DNA from: a virus
Taxonomy: Duplodnaviria > Caudoviricetes
IMG/VR virus record: IMGVR_UViG_3300048823_000024
Span: 1-34,903 of that record
DNA: 34,903 nt
Reading direction: 5' to 3' (one strand)
Below the pieces are notes generated by a model, which saw nothing but the letters and a program-made list of their open reading frames with translations, was not told where the DNA came from and ran no database searches. The position numbers and the translations under genes are program-made. Numbering within the stretch: position 1 is the first letter of the stretch; each line of letters opens with the position of its first letter. Shown piece by piece: positions 1 to 9,116 of this stretch.

Positions 1-366
1 GCACTCGTAGTGCGCAGCGCCATTGAGCCATTTACCATCGGGAAGCTCTGTGCGGTCGTCACGCTTTCCTCCCCCCATGCCTCGTGATAGCTCATGCTCG
101 AAACTTGCGTCCTTGAGCGCCAGCGGACCAGGGCACATCGGCGCGTACCCGGCAAGGCAGCAGATGCCATTCTGGCGCTTCAGCATGGCCGCGATGCGGC
201 GGTGGTACTCCCTGCGCCCCTCCGTGGTCCCCGTCTCTGGGTGGTTGCGGCAGATTTCGCGCCCGTCCCGCATCGTCTCAAAGGCCGGGTTGTAGCCCTC
301 AGGCTTCGGCTTTTGGCTCGGCTTAGGGAAGGCCGGCACGTAGCTCAGGTAGGCGTGTGGGCTCAT
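1..366 (-). CDS. HNH-type endonuclease, partial (runs off the left edge)
   Basis: Not in the ORF track. ATG at 366 overlaps the upstream stop (ATGA) and the frame is open to base 1. My translation MSPHAYLSYVPAFPKP...RQNGICCL...SFEHELSRGMGGGKRDD...NGAAHYEC has the RQxGxC and FxH...N.AAH..C pattern of HNH nucleases. Confidence 0.75.
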   Translation of the reverse strand, partial: MSPHAYLSYVPAFPKPSQKPKPEGYNPAFETMRDGREICRNHPETGTTEGRREYHRRIAAMLKRQNGICCLAGYAPMCPGPLALKDASFEHELSRGMGGGKRDDRTELPDGKWLNGAAHYEC

Positions 367-572
367 TGGCTCACACCGAGGATCAGTCGCCGCGCCTCGT
401 CTGACCGGCACTGGCAAAGCTGCCAGTAATGGGCGTTGCGGAGGCGGAGAATGCGCATCTGCTTTTTCGTCAGACCGAACCGCTCTTCCCATGCTCGGGT
501 AACGATGTTGCGGAAGGGCTCGGTTGAGAGTCCGCCGTCGTAGGTATTTGCGGGTTTGGCTTTTTGTTCCAC
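363..572 (-). CDS. Hypothetical protein (69 aa from GTG 572), or C-terminal half of a frameshifted gene starting at 655
   Basis: 3' part of ORF 363..731. AGGGAG precedes GTG 572, and the stop overlaps the HNH start (ATGA). Confidence 0.55.
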   Translation of the reverse strand: MEQKAKPANTYDGGLSTEPFRNIVTRAWEERFGLTKKQMRILRLRNAHYWQLCQCRSDEARRLILGVSQ

Positions 573-655
573 ACGCTCTCCCTGAGATATTTTGCTATTG
601 CGGCCACTTGCCGGTCCACGATGGCGCGGTTGTCTTGCCTGGGTGTGCCGCTCAT
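470..655 (-). CDS. Hypothetical protein (61 aa, MSGTPRQDNR...), possibly N-terminal half of a frameshifted gene
   Basis: ATG 655 is coupled to the methyltransferase stop (ATGA). The last ~30 codons overlap ORF 363..572 in another frame. Confidence 0.5.
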   Translation of the reverse strand: MSGTPRQDNRAIVDRQVAAIAKYLRESVWNKKPNPQIPTTADSQPSPSATSLPEHGKSGSV

Positions 656-1266
656 GCCGTCGCCTCGAAGTCGAATACCTCTTGCTGGAGTCTCCGCGCC
701 GCGATCTCGCAATATGGCTCGTGCAGTTCAATCCCGGTTGCGGTCAGGCCCATCGCCTTTGCCGCTACAAGCGTGGTTCCTGAGCCACAGAAGGGGTCTA
801 GCACTGTCTTTGCGTTGGGGAATAGGGATAGGCACCATTTCATCAGAGCGAGGGGCTTCTGGGTGGGGTGCCCAACTCGCTCTGCGTTCGTAGCGGCAAT
901 GGTCCAGTCGAAAAGGCGCGTATTTGCGTCCCGGCTCGTCCACGCAAGTTCGCAGTCTGCTGTGGAGGGCGTGCTATCGCGCTTATACCAGACAAGCCAT
1001 CCACGCGAGGGACGCAAAGGGAAATAATTTCCGCCCCAAATTATCTGTTCCTCTGCGCATTGCAAAGCTATGGATACGTCAGCCGCCTCAGAATCCCACT
1101 GGAGTTTAGCGCGTCTTCCCCACTTCCCGTTGCCTCCTCCTCCGCAATTTAGTAGGCCATACGGAGGATCAGTCAACAGCAGGTCGCACTTGGGCAGTGT
1201 CGGCAGAACTAACCTGCAATCTGCGTTATAAATGGTTATCCCACCATGCTGATAATAGGGTTTCAT
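652..1266 (-). CDS. Orphan DNA methyltransferase, N6-adenine/N4-cytosine family, class beta
   Basis: Catalytic motif IV TDPPYG precedes HPTQKP and SAM-binding motif I VLDPFCGSGTT, followed by GIEL...Y.EIA..RL. Confidence 0.95.
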   Translation of the reverse strand: MKPYYQHGGITIYNADCRLVLPTLPKCDLLLTDPPYGLLNCGGGGNGKWGRRAKLQWDSEAADVSIALQCAEEQIIWGGNYFPLRPSRGWLVWYKRDSTPSTADCELAWTSRDANTRLFDWTIAATNAERVGHPTQKPLALMKWCLSLFPNAKTVLDPFCGSGTTLVAAKAMGLTATGIELHEPYCEIAARRLQQEVFDFEATA

Positions 1267-1994
1267 GCCATCGCCTTCCGGCGCTCATACTCAACAGCCC
1301 GCGTGCAGCCGATGCGATGCTCTTCGTTCTCATGGATTGCCAGGTACAGGAGTGCTCCTTGGTGGTCGTCCGCGTCAAGGTCGGCTTTCTCTATGACCCA
1401 ATTCAGGAATTCGCGAATTTGCGAAGCATCCTTGGCCGGATATGTGAATGGGCCAATGGTCTCCAAGTACTCTAGCTTCTGGTCGTGTGTCACCGTCAGT
1501 ATGTGGAGGAACTTTTTGCGCGTTGCTGTCTTTGTTGCCTCAATCACAGATGGGTCGCTTCGGCATTCATCCGAGATGAACTTACTCGCCAGTTCTACAG
1601 CGTTGCAGCGCTTCATTTCACCTAGGTCCAGGAGCGAAGCGGCAGGCAACGCCTTTTGGGTTGTGTTGGCTTCGATTGCGTACCGAAGTTCCGAGTCATT
1701 CGGGTAGAGCACCTGCATCCAGCGGTACATCGACGTGTAGGGGATGCCGAAATCTGGGTCGATGTCCAATTTCCATAGCTCGCGTCCAGAGATGATTCTA
1801 AAGGCGCACATTCGGATATTGAAGATGCGCCCTCGAATCAAGCTCAACTTGGTTTCGGCATCCTCAAGGATGCGCTCGTAATCGATCAGAATTGACCGGA
1901 GTGCGGTCGCTGCCTCCTGAGCAGGACGTAAGGCTATGGCGTTCCAGTCGGGAACCTGTAGGGGATTGTCGGGGTGGGATATTACACCTTTCAT
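1263..1994 (-). CDS. Hypothetical phage protein (243 aa)
   Basis: Start reassigned to ATG 1994 (MKGVISH), which overlaps the stop of 1991..2509 (ATGA). The longer start at 2132 would overlap the upstream gene by about 140 nt. Confidence 0.75.
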   Translation of the reverse strand: MKGVISHPDNPLQVPDWNAIALRPAQEAATALRSILIDYERILEDAETKLSLIRGRIFNIRMCAFRIISGRELWKLDIDPDFGIPYTSMYRWMQVLYPNDSELRYAIEANTTQKALPAASLLDLGEMKRCNAVELASKFISDECRSDPSVIEATKTATRKKFLHILTVTHDQKLEYLETIGPFTYPAKDASQIREFLNWVIEKADLDADDHQGALLYLAIHENEEHRIGCTRAVEYERRKAMA

Positions 1995-2509
1995 AGTCGC
2001 TCCCTTGATCCGCCTTCGTATTCGAGTGCCTTCATAAAGCGATACATCTCCGGTGCTGACTTTGATGGGGAAGCCATCGCCGTTTCGTACATCTCCGTTA
2101 ATTCTCTCCATTCGCGCACAAAGGGCTTCCATTTAGGGAATCGCTGCGCAACTTCATCCATTCTTACCTTCCATGCAGGGAAGAGAGCGAGCAGCCGATA
2201 GCAGCGCCCGAAGTCGGAAGGATCATGCGGGACATCGTAATTGCGCATCGGCGTGTTCATCATCACCGCGTAGATCGTACATGATGAGGTCCCGGTATCT
2301 CTGCTAGCAAACCACTCTTCTGGAGTGTTGGTTTCCGGTTCGTGGAATTGGCCTTCCTTGCAGTGCAGGTGCATCGTCACGAAGGCTTTCATTGCTGCTG
2401 CGAAAATCGGAATAGGTTGCGAACCACCAAGGGATAGCCCCCTCCCACATCGTGTGCAGTGCCCAATCTCGCCAATCTTCCCACCAGCTACTACCCATTC
2501 TGCTTTCAT
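1991..2509 (-). CDS. Conserved phage hypothetical protein with N-terminal CxxC
   Basis: GAGG RBS. HCTRCG near the N-terminus, then a W..SRDTGTSS...PHDPSDFGRCYRLL..FP.W motif familiar from phage hypotheticals. Confidence 0.8.
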   Translation of the reverse strand: MKAEWVVAGGKIGEIGHCTRCGRGLSLGGSQPIPIFAAAMKAFVTMHLHCKEGQFHEPETNTPEEWFASRDTGTSSCTIYAVMMNTPMRNYDVPHDPSDFGRCYRLLALFPAWKVRMDEVAQRFPKWKPFVREWRELTEMYETAMASPSKSAPEMYRFMKALEYEGGSRERL

Positions 2510-2537
2510 ATTTTCCTCACTCCTCTCCTTGCACCTT

Positions 2538-2981
2538 TCATGCTTCTACCCCTGTCGGGAACGGTGAAGGGTGTTCGGTTTCTCCGAAATCTGGCACGTC
2601 GAAGAATCCGAGCATCCCCTTGAACGGAACCGGCTTCGGTAAGATGATTGGATCGCGCAACACAAATCCATACTCGCCCACAAAGAACGCGCTCGGATGC
2701 GACTTGACGCAATCGACAATCTCCACGCTTCCCACGATACAGCCGCCGGGATCCCGTAAAGCCTCTATTTCTGGGAAGTGAAGATATGGCAGGGAGATAT
2801 GATCTGCCATCTCCATGTCCCGAATGTCTTCGAGATCATCAAGGATCGCACTCATCTTCCAGAACTTGCTCGCGTGTATCCACACACGCCCTCGAAAGTT
2901 CGTCGGCCAGTCCCGATTCTCGACAGGCTTTCCGTGCAGGATTGCCCACCACCAAGGCGCCCTAACGCTCAATGCCTTCAT
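2538..2981 (-). CDS. ASCH-domain protein
   Basis: MKALSVRAPWWWAILHGKPVENRDW..FRG.V.IHA...G.IVG.V.IVDC...P.P.KG.LG matches the ASCH GxKxxExR signature. Confidence 0.92.
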   Translation of the reverse strand: MKALSVRAPWWWAILHGKPVENRDWPTNFRGRVWIHASKFWKMSAILDDLEDIRDMEMADHISLPYLHFPEIEALRDPGGCIVGSVEIVDCVKSHPSAFFVGEYGFVLRDPIILPKPVPFKGMLGFFDVPDFGETEHPSPFPTGVEA

Positions 2982-3474
2982 AGTTCACACACTCCATCAA
3001 TTCCGGTATGCCATATTCGGCGATGATCCGCTGCACTTCTACCGCGCATATTCGCCGTCTCAATTCAGATGGGAAAATTTTACATCTGAGATCGTACACA
3101 TGCTCAAAAAGATTTTGTTCCACTCGGCTCCAGTAATCCTGCTCCTCCAAGAAAACCGCTTTGGCCATGATGCACAGTCCATACTGATGCTCCAGCCTCT
3201 TTAACTCCTCTTCGTCCCTCCAGACTTGCATCATTGCCGGCGACGGCTTCCAACTCGAATCAGCGAACAGGTCTCCCAGCCTCAATCCTACCGCCGCCAG
3301 CACTGCATCCTTGGAGCATCCGGCATAACAGCCTACGATGGTCGTACCTGAATTCTTGCCTTCCTTGATCTCAAGGCTGGCCATCCTATCCCGGTGTACG
3401 GGGCACTTCGCCATCCACTTTCCACGGCCAACCCTACGCGCTCGGAACAGTTTCGCTATTTGCGAGGCGGTCAC
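2962..3474 (-). CDS. Protein with N-terminal primase-type (CHC2-like) zinc-binding domain
   Basis: WMAKCPVHRDRMASL...GCYAGCS...VLAAVGL..DLF is typical of phage primase Zn-binding domains. No TOPRIM domain follows. Confidence 0.8.
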   Translation of the reverse strand: MTASQIAKLFRARRVGRGKWMAKCPVHRDRMASLEIKEGKNSGTTIVGCYAGCSKDAVLAAVGLRLGDLFADSSWKPSPAMMQVWRDEEELKRLEHQYGLCIMAKAVFLEEQDYWSRVEQNLFEHVYDLRCKIFPSELRRRICAVEVQRIIAEYGIPELMECVNYEGIER

Positions 3475-3824
3475 GAGTCGATCTTTCCCCCGTTAGTTAA
3501 TTCCGCAAGCCGCCGTATCTGCTGCAATGTCAGGTTGTAAAAAGTTACCGCCCACCCGTTCTCCTCCGAGTAGCTGACTATGCTTTCCGCTCGGAACAAG
3601 CCGCAGAGAGTCGCCTTATTGATCTCCGTCGATGATACCGTGCTCCACCGGAGGCGGGTGTCCGCTGGTCGAAGATCGCCGAGATACTCGCCCTTGCGTA
3701 AATACTCAGACCTTGCTTTATCTCTGGCGATTGCTTCGCCTTCCGCTTCCACAGTCACAGACTCCGGCAATACCCTTCCGAAGCGCTTGATGTCAAATTC
3801 ATAAAAGTTCATGCTTATCACCAC
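3471..3824 (-). CDS. Hypothetical protein
   Basis: Fills the gap between the helicase and the Zn-domain gene, with short overlaps at both ends. Confidence 0.7.
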   Translation of the reverse strand: MVISMNFYEFDIKRFGRVLPESVTVEAEGEAIARDKARSEYLRKGEYLGDLRPADTRLRWSTVSSTEINKATLCGLFRAESIVSYSEENGWAVTFYNLTLQQIRRLAELTNGGKIDS

Positions 3825-5446
3825 TCTCCTTGATACTCCGGTTCTTCGGCTGCTTTGGTTGCCGCCATCTGCTTTTGCTGTTCACGCCATTTACGGCCCG
3901 ACTCTGCGATAAATTCCTTGACGGCCTTGCGTGGGGTCATTGGAACCTTATTCAATCCTGTTGGCGGTTGCCCGTATTTTTCGACATATTTATGCCACGC
4001 CCATCCATCTTTGAAACCCCGGCGCTCGGCAAAGTCCAGGAGCCCAGAGTAGAATGCTTGCGGCTCACCTTGTCTTTTCTTCTCAGCCCGCGCCGCTTTA
4101 TCTTGTTCCGCTAATGCCTTCTTCGCTTTCTTCGCAGCCCTCGACTGGCGCAAATCAACCAACTCTCCGTCGAGCGTCACGGTGTCGTCTACGACAATCG
4201 CGGTTCCGCACGTTGAGCACTTAAAAGCCCCACGCGGAAGGAGCGCTCGGCAGACTGGGCACTGCTTGCGCTTGACCTCTTGGGGAGCCGCTTCGTCTTT
4301 CTCGTAGGCGCTGCCCTTGACGTGAGGCGGTGTGGTGTCGAGTGTCTCATGGAAGATGTCGGCGAACCATCCGTAGCGGTTCGCATTGCCCACATGATCG
4401 TTGAGCCAGCAATACTCTTTGCCTTCCGCCGGCCTCAATCCGCGCCCCAACTCTTGCACGATGTCAGCTTGGTTCTTGCGCGGGGCCGCGCTGACAATGC
4501 AGCGCACATCCTCATCAACTCCGGTGGAAAGGCACCCAACGCTCACGATCCCCTGCGATTCCTTTCGGCGGAACCGCTCGAAGATGGGGCTGCGTTTCGA
4601 CGTGAAGGCGTCGATGTAATCAAACTTGATTCCCTTGGCCTTGAACGCTTCCTGATACGCAAGAGCCGTGATCCTCCGCCGCGCGAAAACGAACGTCCTG
4701 TCGCCTGGGTGATTGCCCTCTTGCCGGGTACGCAGCCATGTGTCAACTATGTCGGCTACGACTTCCGTTTTCTCCATAAAGTGTGCGGCGGCGTCTTCCT
4801 GAATGTCGCCATCCTGTCCGGTTTTCAGATGTTCAATCTCTCGCAAGAACTCTAGCTTTGGTCCGATTCCTTTGATGGGGACCAGACCAACGGACGGGTC
4901 TTTCTCGTGGTACTCCAGCATATCGTTGATTGTGGAAAGCACGATGAGCTTGCTGAAATGAAGACCTAACCCTTTCTTCCACGGCGTAGCTGTGAGGGCG
5001 AGAACGATCTTCCACCTCTCCATCAGCTTCCACATCCGGGCATCGGCAAGATGAATTTCATCGAGGATCACGAAGTCGAAGTCAGGCACTTCCCGCGAGT
5101 AGAGCGTATCAAAGCACGCGATCTGCAATTTAGAGCTTGCGTCGGTGCGCTTGTGGTTTGCCTGCATGATCCCAATGTCGTGTATTCCTTGCGCTTCAAA
5201 CGATTCGAGCGTTTGGTCTACCAGCGATATGCGCGGGCAGGCGAACAGAACTCTGTTCCCCTTTGCCATAGAGGAAGATGCAAGATGAGCCGCAATGACC
5301 GTTTTCCCGTAGCCGCAAGGAGCCTGCCCAACAATCTTTTTATGACCCTCTTTTACAGCGGCGCGAAACATGGGGATCGCAGGCTCTTGATACCAGCGCA
5401 TCGGATGAAGTTCGCGTACCTTTTTATCAAATAGAGAACGATTCAT
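3818..5446 (-). CDS. Superfamily 2 (DExH) helicase, RadD/YejH-like, with C-terminal Zn ribbon
   Basis: Walker A APCGYGKT, motif II ILDEIH, motif III LTATP, motif V STGVD, motif VI QELGRGLRP, CPVC..CSTC Zn finger, and a RGFKDGWAWHKY C-terminal helix. Confidence 0.95.
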   Translation of the reverse strand: MNRSLFDKKVRELHPMRWYQEPAIPMFRAAVKEGHKKIVGQAPCGYGKTVIAAHLASSSMAKGNRVLFACPRISLVDQTLESFEAQGIHDIGIMQANHKRTDASSKLQIACFDTLYSREVPDFDFVILDEIHLADARMWKLMERWKIVLALTATPWKKGLGLHFSKLIVLSTINDMLEYHEKDPSVGLVPIKGIGPKLEFLREIEHLKTGQDGDIQEDAAAHFMEKTEVVADIVDTWLRTRQEGNHPGDRTFVFARRRITALAYQEAFKAKGIKFDYIDAFTSKRSPIFERFRRKESQGIVSVGCLSTGVDEDVRCIVSAAPRKNQADIVQELGRGLRPAEGKEYCWLNDHVGNANRYGWFADIFHETLDTTPPHVKGSAYEKDEAAPQEVKRKQCPVCRALLPRGAFKCSTCGTAIVVDDTVTLDGELVDLRQSRAAKKAKKALAEQDKAARAEKKRQGEPQAFYSGLLDFAERRGFKDGWAWHKYVEKYGQPPTGLNKVPMTPRKAVKEFIAESGRKWREQQKQMAATKAAEEPEYQGEW

Positions 5447-5631
5447 TTGAATAGATTCCCCTGCTCAGGCAGCGGCGGTTCCGCCTTCTTCGCCGCCGAT
5501 TCAGCCGCGCTCCGGTCGTAACACGGGATGCAATAAGCGAGTTTCTTACCCGCAACACGGTGAGGAGTGTCTTTGTGGCAAACATTGCACCACCAGCTTA
5601 CCTCTACCGTATTGCGGGTGAAATGTTGCAA
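5443..5631 (-). CDS. Small Zn-finger protein
   Basis: CNVC...H...CIPC motifs. GGAG upstream of the TTG start, and the stop overlaps the helicase start. Confidence 0.75.
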   Translation of the reverse strand: MQHFTRNTVEVSWWCNVCHKDTPHRVAGKKLAYCIPCYDRSAAESAAKKAEPPLPEQGNLFK

Positions 5632-5649
5632 GGCTTACTCCCTAGAGAT

Positions 5650-5814
5650 TTATTCGCGGGTACGCGCCCACACAAGCAATGCTTTGAGTGTTTGGCTGAT
5701 TTCCGCCAGTTTCGCCGTCGCCTCGATCTGCAATCGGAGAACCATTTTCGGGTCTTCATCCTTATCCTTCCACCCGATTTGACGGTTGTAGTCTCTAATT
5801 TTGTCCGGCGTCAT
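5650..5814 (-). CDS. Small hypothetical protein (54 aa, MTPDKIRDYN...WARTRE)
   Basis: Below the ORF-track cutoff. Strong AAGGAGG RBS 6 nt before ATG 5814, open to TAA 5650, and it fills the gap. Confidence 0.8.
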   Translation of the reverse strand: MTPDKIRDYNRQIGWKDKDEDPKMVLRLQIEATAKLAEISQTLKALLVWARTRE

Positions 5815-5836
5815 TTGTAGCCTCCTTTGGCTTTCA

Positions 5837-6232
5837 TTATTCGCAGATGCTGGGTAGCCCCTTCCACTTCATCCAGCGGCGGCGTAGCTCGGTCTTTGCC
5901 TCCACCGACTGGAGCTTGTCGAAGCAGGACGTATTCAGATGTCGCCAAATGTCCGCATCGTTAAAGCCGTTCCATAGCTGGCCGAACAAACGCCCATCGC
6001 AGCAGAACGCCTCGCCTATCTCCGCACAGACCAAGCATGTGTTGTGGTGGCGCCATAGTCCCTCAAAGAGGACAGAATAACGCTCGTAAACCTGTCCAGG
6101 ACTTATCGTCTTGGCGCACTCGCAGCATGTGTGCGGTTTCCGCGCCTTCACTTCTCTCCGGTCCCATACTTCTGCTGGCCCGTCGAAATAATCGCCTGTG
6201 TTGATGCAAACTCCGCAGTCGCTCATATTCAT
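5837..6232 (-). CDS. Zn-binding phage protein
   Basis: AAGGAG RBS. KARKPHTCCECAKTISPGQVYE...HTCLVC-type motif common in phage early regions. Confidence 0.8.
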   Translation of the reverse strand: MNMSDCGVCINTGDYFDGPAEVWDRREVKARKPHTCCECAKTISPGQVYERYSVLFEGLWRHHNTCLVCAEIGEAFCCDGRLFGQLWNGFNDADIWRHLNTSCFDKLQSVEAKTELRRRWMKWKGLPSICE

Positions 6233-6244
6233 CTCTCCTTTGGC

Positions 6245-6697
6245 TTACTCTAGTTTCATGTAGGGATACTTCCCTTTGATGTTCGTGTGAAGTTGACGGT
6301 AGGCGAATCGCGCCCGCCGCAGTTTCAGGTACTCATCTTCCGGCACCCCGGCGTACTGCCCCTTCCCCTTGGCGAACTGGCAGACCAGCGTACCGTCAGA
6401 CCAGCCCGCAGAAAGCAGTTGACGGTTCGGGTCCGTAACTGCGTACATCGCTATTTGCCGGGGCACGGCGGCCTGTTCCTGAGGCTTCTGCGCCTCCGGG
6501 GTGGGGATGGATGGCTTGCACGTCTCGTAGTGCCTCACCGCTGGCCCGAGCAGTTGGCGCATAGGGTCTATGGCCAGTTCCCGCTTGCCCGGTGAAGCGA
6601 AGACCTCGACAGGCTCCCGACAGGCCGGGCACGTCTCGCATCGCAAAAAGACGTAGCCGGCTGCAAGGAGTGATTCAAGGTTGATCGGAAAGGGCAT
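6245..6697 (-). CDS. Zn-ribbon plus C-terminal KTSC-like domain protein
   Basis: N-terminal CPAC...HYETC. C-terminal SAGW.DGTLVCQF..G..QYAGVP...Y..L......IKGKYPY resembles the KTSC consensus. Confidence 0.7.
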   Translation of the reverse strand: MPFPINLESLLAAGYVFLRCETCPACREPVEVFASPGKRELAIDPMRQLLGPAVRHYETCKPSIPTPEAQKPQEQAAVPRQIAMYAVTDPNRQLLSAGWSDGTLVCQFAKGKGQYAGVPEDEYLKLRRARFAYRQLHTNIKGKYPYMKLE

Positions 6698-6699
6698 GA

Positions 6700-6882
6700 C
6701 TATTCCTCTGTTATCTTCCGCACAAGTTCACGCAAAATGAAAAGCTGCCCCATGCCGTAGGTTGAAGCTGGATTCCTGGTCTTCTCTAGTTCCGCGATAG
6801 CATTGAGCATTTCATCAACGGCAATTTCTTGCCCTTTGCGAAACGCCTCCTTTTCGCCATCGCTTAGCGTGTTGAAATCCAT
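6700..6882 (-). CDS. Hypothetical protein (60 aa)
   Basis: GAGG RBS and tight packing between neighbours. Confidence 0.7.
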   Translation of the reverse strand: MDFNTLSDGEKEAFRKGQEIAVDEMLNAIAELEKTRNPASTYGMGQLFILRELVRKITEE

Positions 6883-6891
6883 GCCACACCC

Positions 6892-8232
6892 TCAATACGA
6901 GAAGTTGACGTGGGGGATGAGTCCCTTGGTTATGGCCGTCAAGCCAGCGATAGCTTGCTGCCGAGTGTAACCGCAGTGGAAGATGAAGGCCGCTACAGCT
7001 TCGCTGTTGATGTGCTGCTCATGTGTCTTCTCCACGGGGCGCGTGACTTCCTGAGTCGGCTCATTCGACGGTTTGTCTACAACCTTGTCCGCCGCCTGCG
7101 CTTCCATCGCCGCGTACTCCGCTGCCGCCGCATCTGCCGCTCGCTTCCGTTCGGCCTCTACTGCCGCCGCGACCCGCTCTGTCCACATCTGCGAAGCCTC
7201 TGCCTCGTTCTCAGCCTCAGCCCTTGCCGCCGCATCCGCCCTCAGTCGCTCCAGTTCGGATCGCTCGGCCTCGGCCACCTTGCGACGCTCCAGTTCCGGC
7301 TTGAGCCGCTTGAGAACGGCAACGATGGTACTCTCCGCCGACACCTTGTACTCCTGCATGGTGGATGTGTCGTAGTTTTCTACTGCACGGATGGTTTCTT
7401 CGAGAAGCTCGATACCGGGATTGTCGGCGAAATTTGCCATGTTTTCCAGCATCTTTACTTTTCCGGCCAGCCGCATCTTGCGCGTCTCTTCCTCTTGCTC
7501 CCACGCCGTCAACGGCCCCAGCACAGCGTCTTCGATGTCACCGACGGCTCGGACCAATCGGCGCTTCTCCCCGTCGATGCCCGCGACATAGCGTTTCATC
7601 TTCCCAGTCAGTTCTTTCGCTCGTGCATCGAGGCCGGTACGCAGTTTCTGGAGAGGCTTCGCAAACTGCTTGAGTTTGGTACGCGCCTTCTCGGTGGAGA
7701 TGTCGTACTTCTTCGCCTCTGCGAGCCAGTCTGTGCGCATGGTAGCCAGTTGCTCGTCTGTGACCTTCCCCGGAGTGAAGAGCAGGTCGTCGGCCATGCC
7801 GTCAATCAGTGCCAGTGCCGTGCCGGGGGGTGGGGTATCATCCTGGGTCACGGTCTCCCCAGTCGTCGTGCTGGCCGTAGTCTTCATGTCCGTCCCAGTC
7901 CCAGACGATGAGCGGCTGGGTTGGGTAGGGTCCGCTTCCACCTTCACGTACGGGTACAGGTCCGGGCGGCTCTTGATGTCCCGCGCGAAGTAGGAGTGGA
8001 TGGACGGCGCATCCAGGATCGCCTGGTACTTCACCGGCGTCACATTCTTGTAGAGGTAAACGCTCCCATCCTCACCTGCCGCGAGTTGCCTCTTGTTCGC
8101 GGGGAACCTTACTCCAAACGGATATTCTGCTCCGCTCTCATAGCCGACTGCCGCGATTTGCGGATCATCGACTTCATACCACTTCATACCGGACGGTTCC
8201 GGCGTGGGGCGCGTGTTGAAGTCTTCCGTCAT
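6892..8232 (-). CDS. KTSC-domain plus long coiled-coil protein of the recombination region
   Basis: N-terminal IAAVGYE...V.F...GSVYLYKNV.P..YQ..LDAPS..SYF...IK..YPY (KTSC), a Thr/Pro linker, an E/A/R-rich coiled coil and a C-terminal AI.KG.IPHV.F.Y motif. Confidence 0.8.
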   Translation of the reverse strand: MTEDFNTRPTPEPSGMKWYEVDDPQIAAVGYESGAEYPFGVRFPANKRQLAAGEDGSVYLYKNVTPVKYQAILDAPSIHSYFARDIKSRPDLYPYVKVEADPTQPSRSSSGTGTDMKTTASTTTGETVTQDDTPPPGTALALIDGMADDLLFTPGKVTDEQLATMRTDWLAEAKKYDISTEKARTKLKQFAKPLQKLRTGLDARAKELTGKMKRYVAGIDGEKRRLVRAVGDIEDAVLGPLTAWEQEEETRKMRLAGKVKMLENMANFADNPGIELLEETIRAVENYDTSTMQEYKVSAESTIVAVLKRLKPELERRKVAEAERSELERLRADAAARAEAENEAEASQMWTERVAAAVEAERKRAADAAAAEYAAMEAQAADKVVDKPSNEPTQEVTRPVEKTHEQHINSEAVAAFIFHCGYTRQQAIAGLTAITKGLIPHVNFSY

Positions 8233-9116
8233 TTCACTTCTCCTTGAACCACAGGTTTCCCGTTGAGATACTCGACATACTCGCCGTTCTCATCCGTGAT
8301 CGCGACCACATCGTTAATGTCAACGAAGTGTCTGCCATCCTTGTCTCTCTCGGTTACAAACACTTCGATGAGTTTGCCTACCGAGTTTTGGAGCAAGTCA
8401 AACAAGCTCGCGTGCCAGCAAACCGCGTGCTCGCAGGTCCACTTCCCATCCGGCGCGAGGAGCTTCCCGGTGAACGCAACATTCATCGAGGCGTTGGTCG
8501 TGCCCTCGGCTGGCCAGAGTTTCACCGCCCGCACGGTAAAGACAAGGTTATGCCCCGCCCTTTTAACCGTCTGTTTGAAGCCCTGTGCGGCTGCTGGTGC
8601 GGTCGCTGCGCGTTGGGTGGTCTGTTGGGTAGGTTGCAGCGCTCCGGTCGCTTGTGGGGGTTGGAGCGATATTACACTCCCCGGCGTAACAGCCTTCGGT
8701 GTGCGCTTTCCCGCGCCTTGGGCATCGGTATCCTCGTCCGGGGCCACGCCGATGAAAGAGCATCCATCGTAACGCCGGAAGTAGGTGGACTCTGCCCCGA
8801 ACTGCTGAGGCTCGCCCGCTTCGGAGATTGCGATGCCGTCCGAGGCCATCCACTCGCCCGACTCGTGCAGTAGGAACGTGACCACTCGCAGTCCATCGGG
8901 GAAAATGACGTGGGGCTGCGAGAAGGCGATCCCGTGCTTCGAGAGCCGAGGGAGCGCCATTGCGAGACAGTCGGCAAGGTCTGCGTAGTTGTAGGAGTAA
9001 TCGCTGCCGGTCTTCGTTTTTATCTTTGCCGTCTTGTTCTTCGGCACCGTCACATACTCAGCTTGGGCCGCTGCCAGTGCCTTGGCGATTGCCGAGATTG
9101 ATTCGCTGTGTCTCAC
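8229..9116 (-). CDS. erf: ERF-family single-strand annealing (recombination) protein
   Basis: IAKALAAAQAE..VPKNK...YNYADL...L.KHGI...T.L.HESGEW...Q.FG...TY.RRY...G.A.DEDTD. Start reassigned to GTG 9116 behind AGGAGG. Confidence 0.9.
   Translation of the reverse strand: MRHSESISAIAKALAAAQAEYVTVPKNKTAKIKTKTGSDYSYNYADLADCLAMALPRLSKHGIAFSQPHVIFPDGLRVVTFLLHESGEWMASDGIAISEAGEPQQFGAESTYFRRYDGCSFIGVAPDEDTDAQGAGKRTPKAVTPGSVISLQPPQATGALQPTQQTTQRAATAPAAAQGFKQTVKRAGHNLVFTVRAVKLWPAEGTTNASMNVAFTGKLLAPDGKWTCEHAVCWHASLFDLLQNSVGKLIEVFVTERDKDGRHFVDINDVVAITDENGEYVEYLNGKPVVQGEVK

Noticed and set aside
6910-7911. 333-aa plus-strand ORF
   Set aside because: Antisense shadow of the KTSC/coiled-coil gene, with no RBS and atypical composition.
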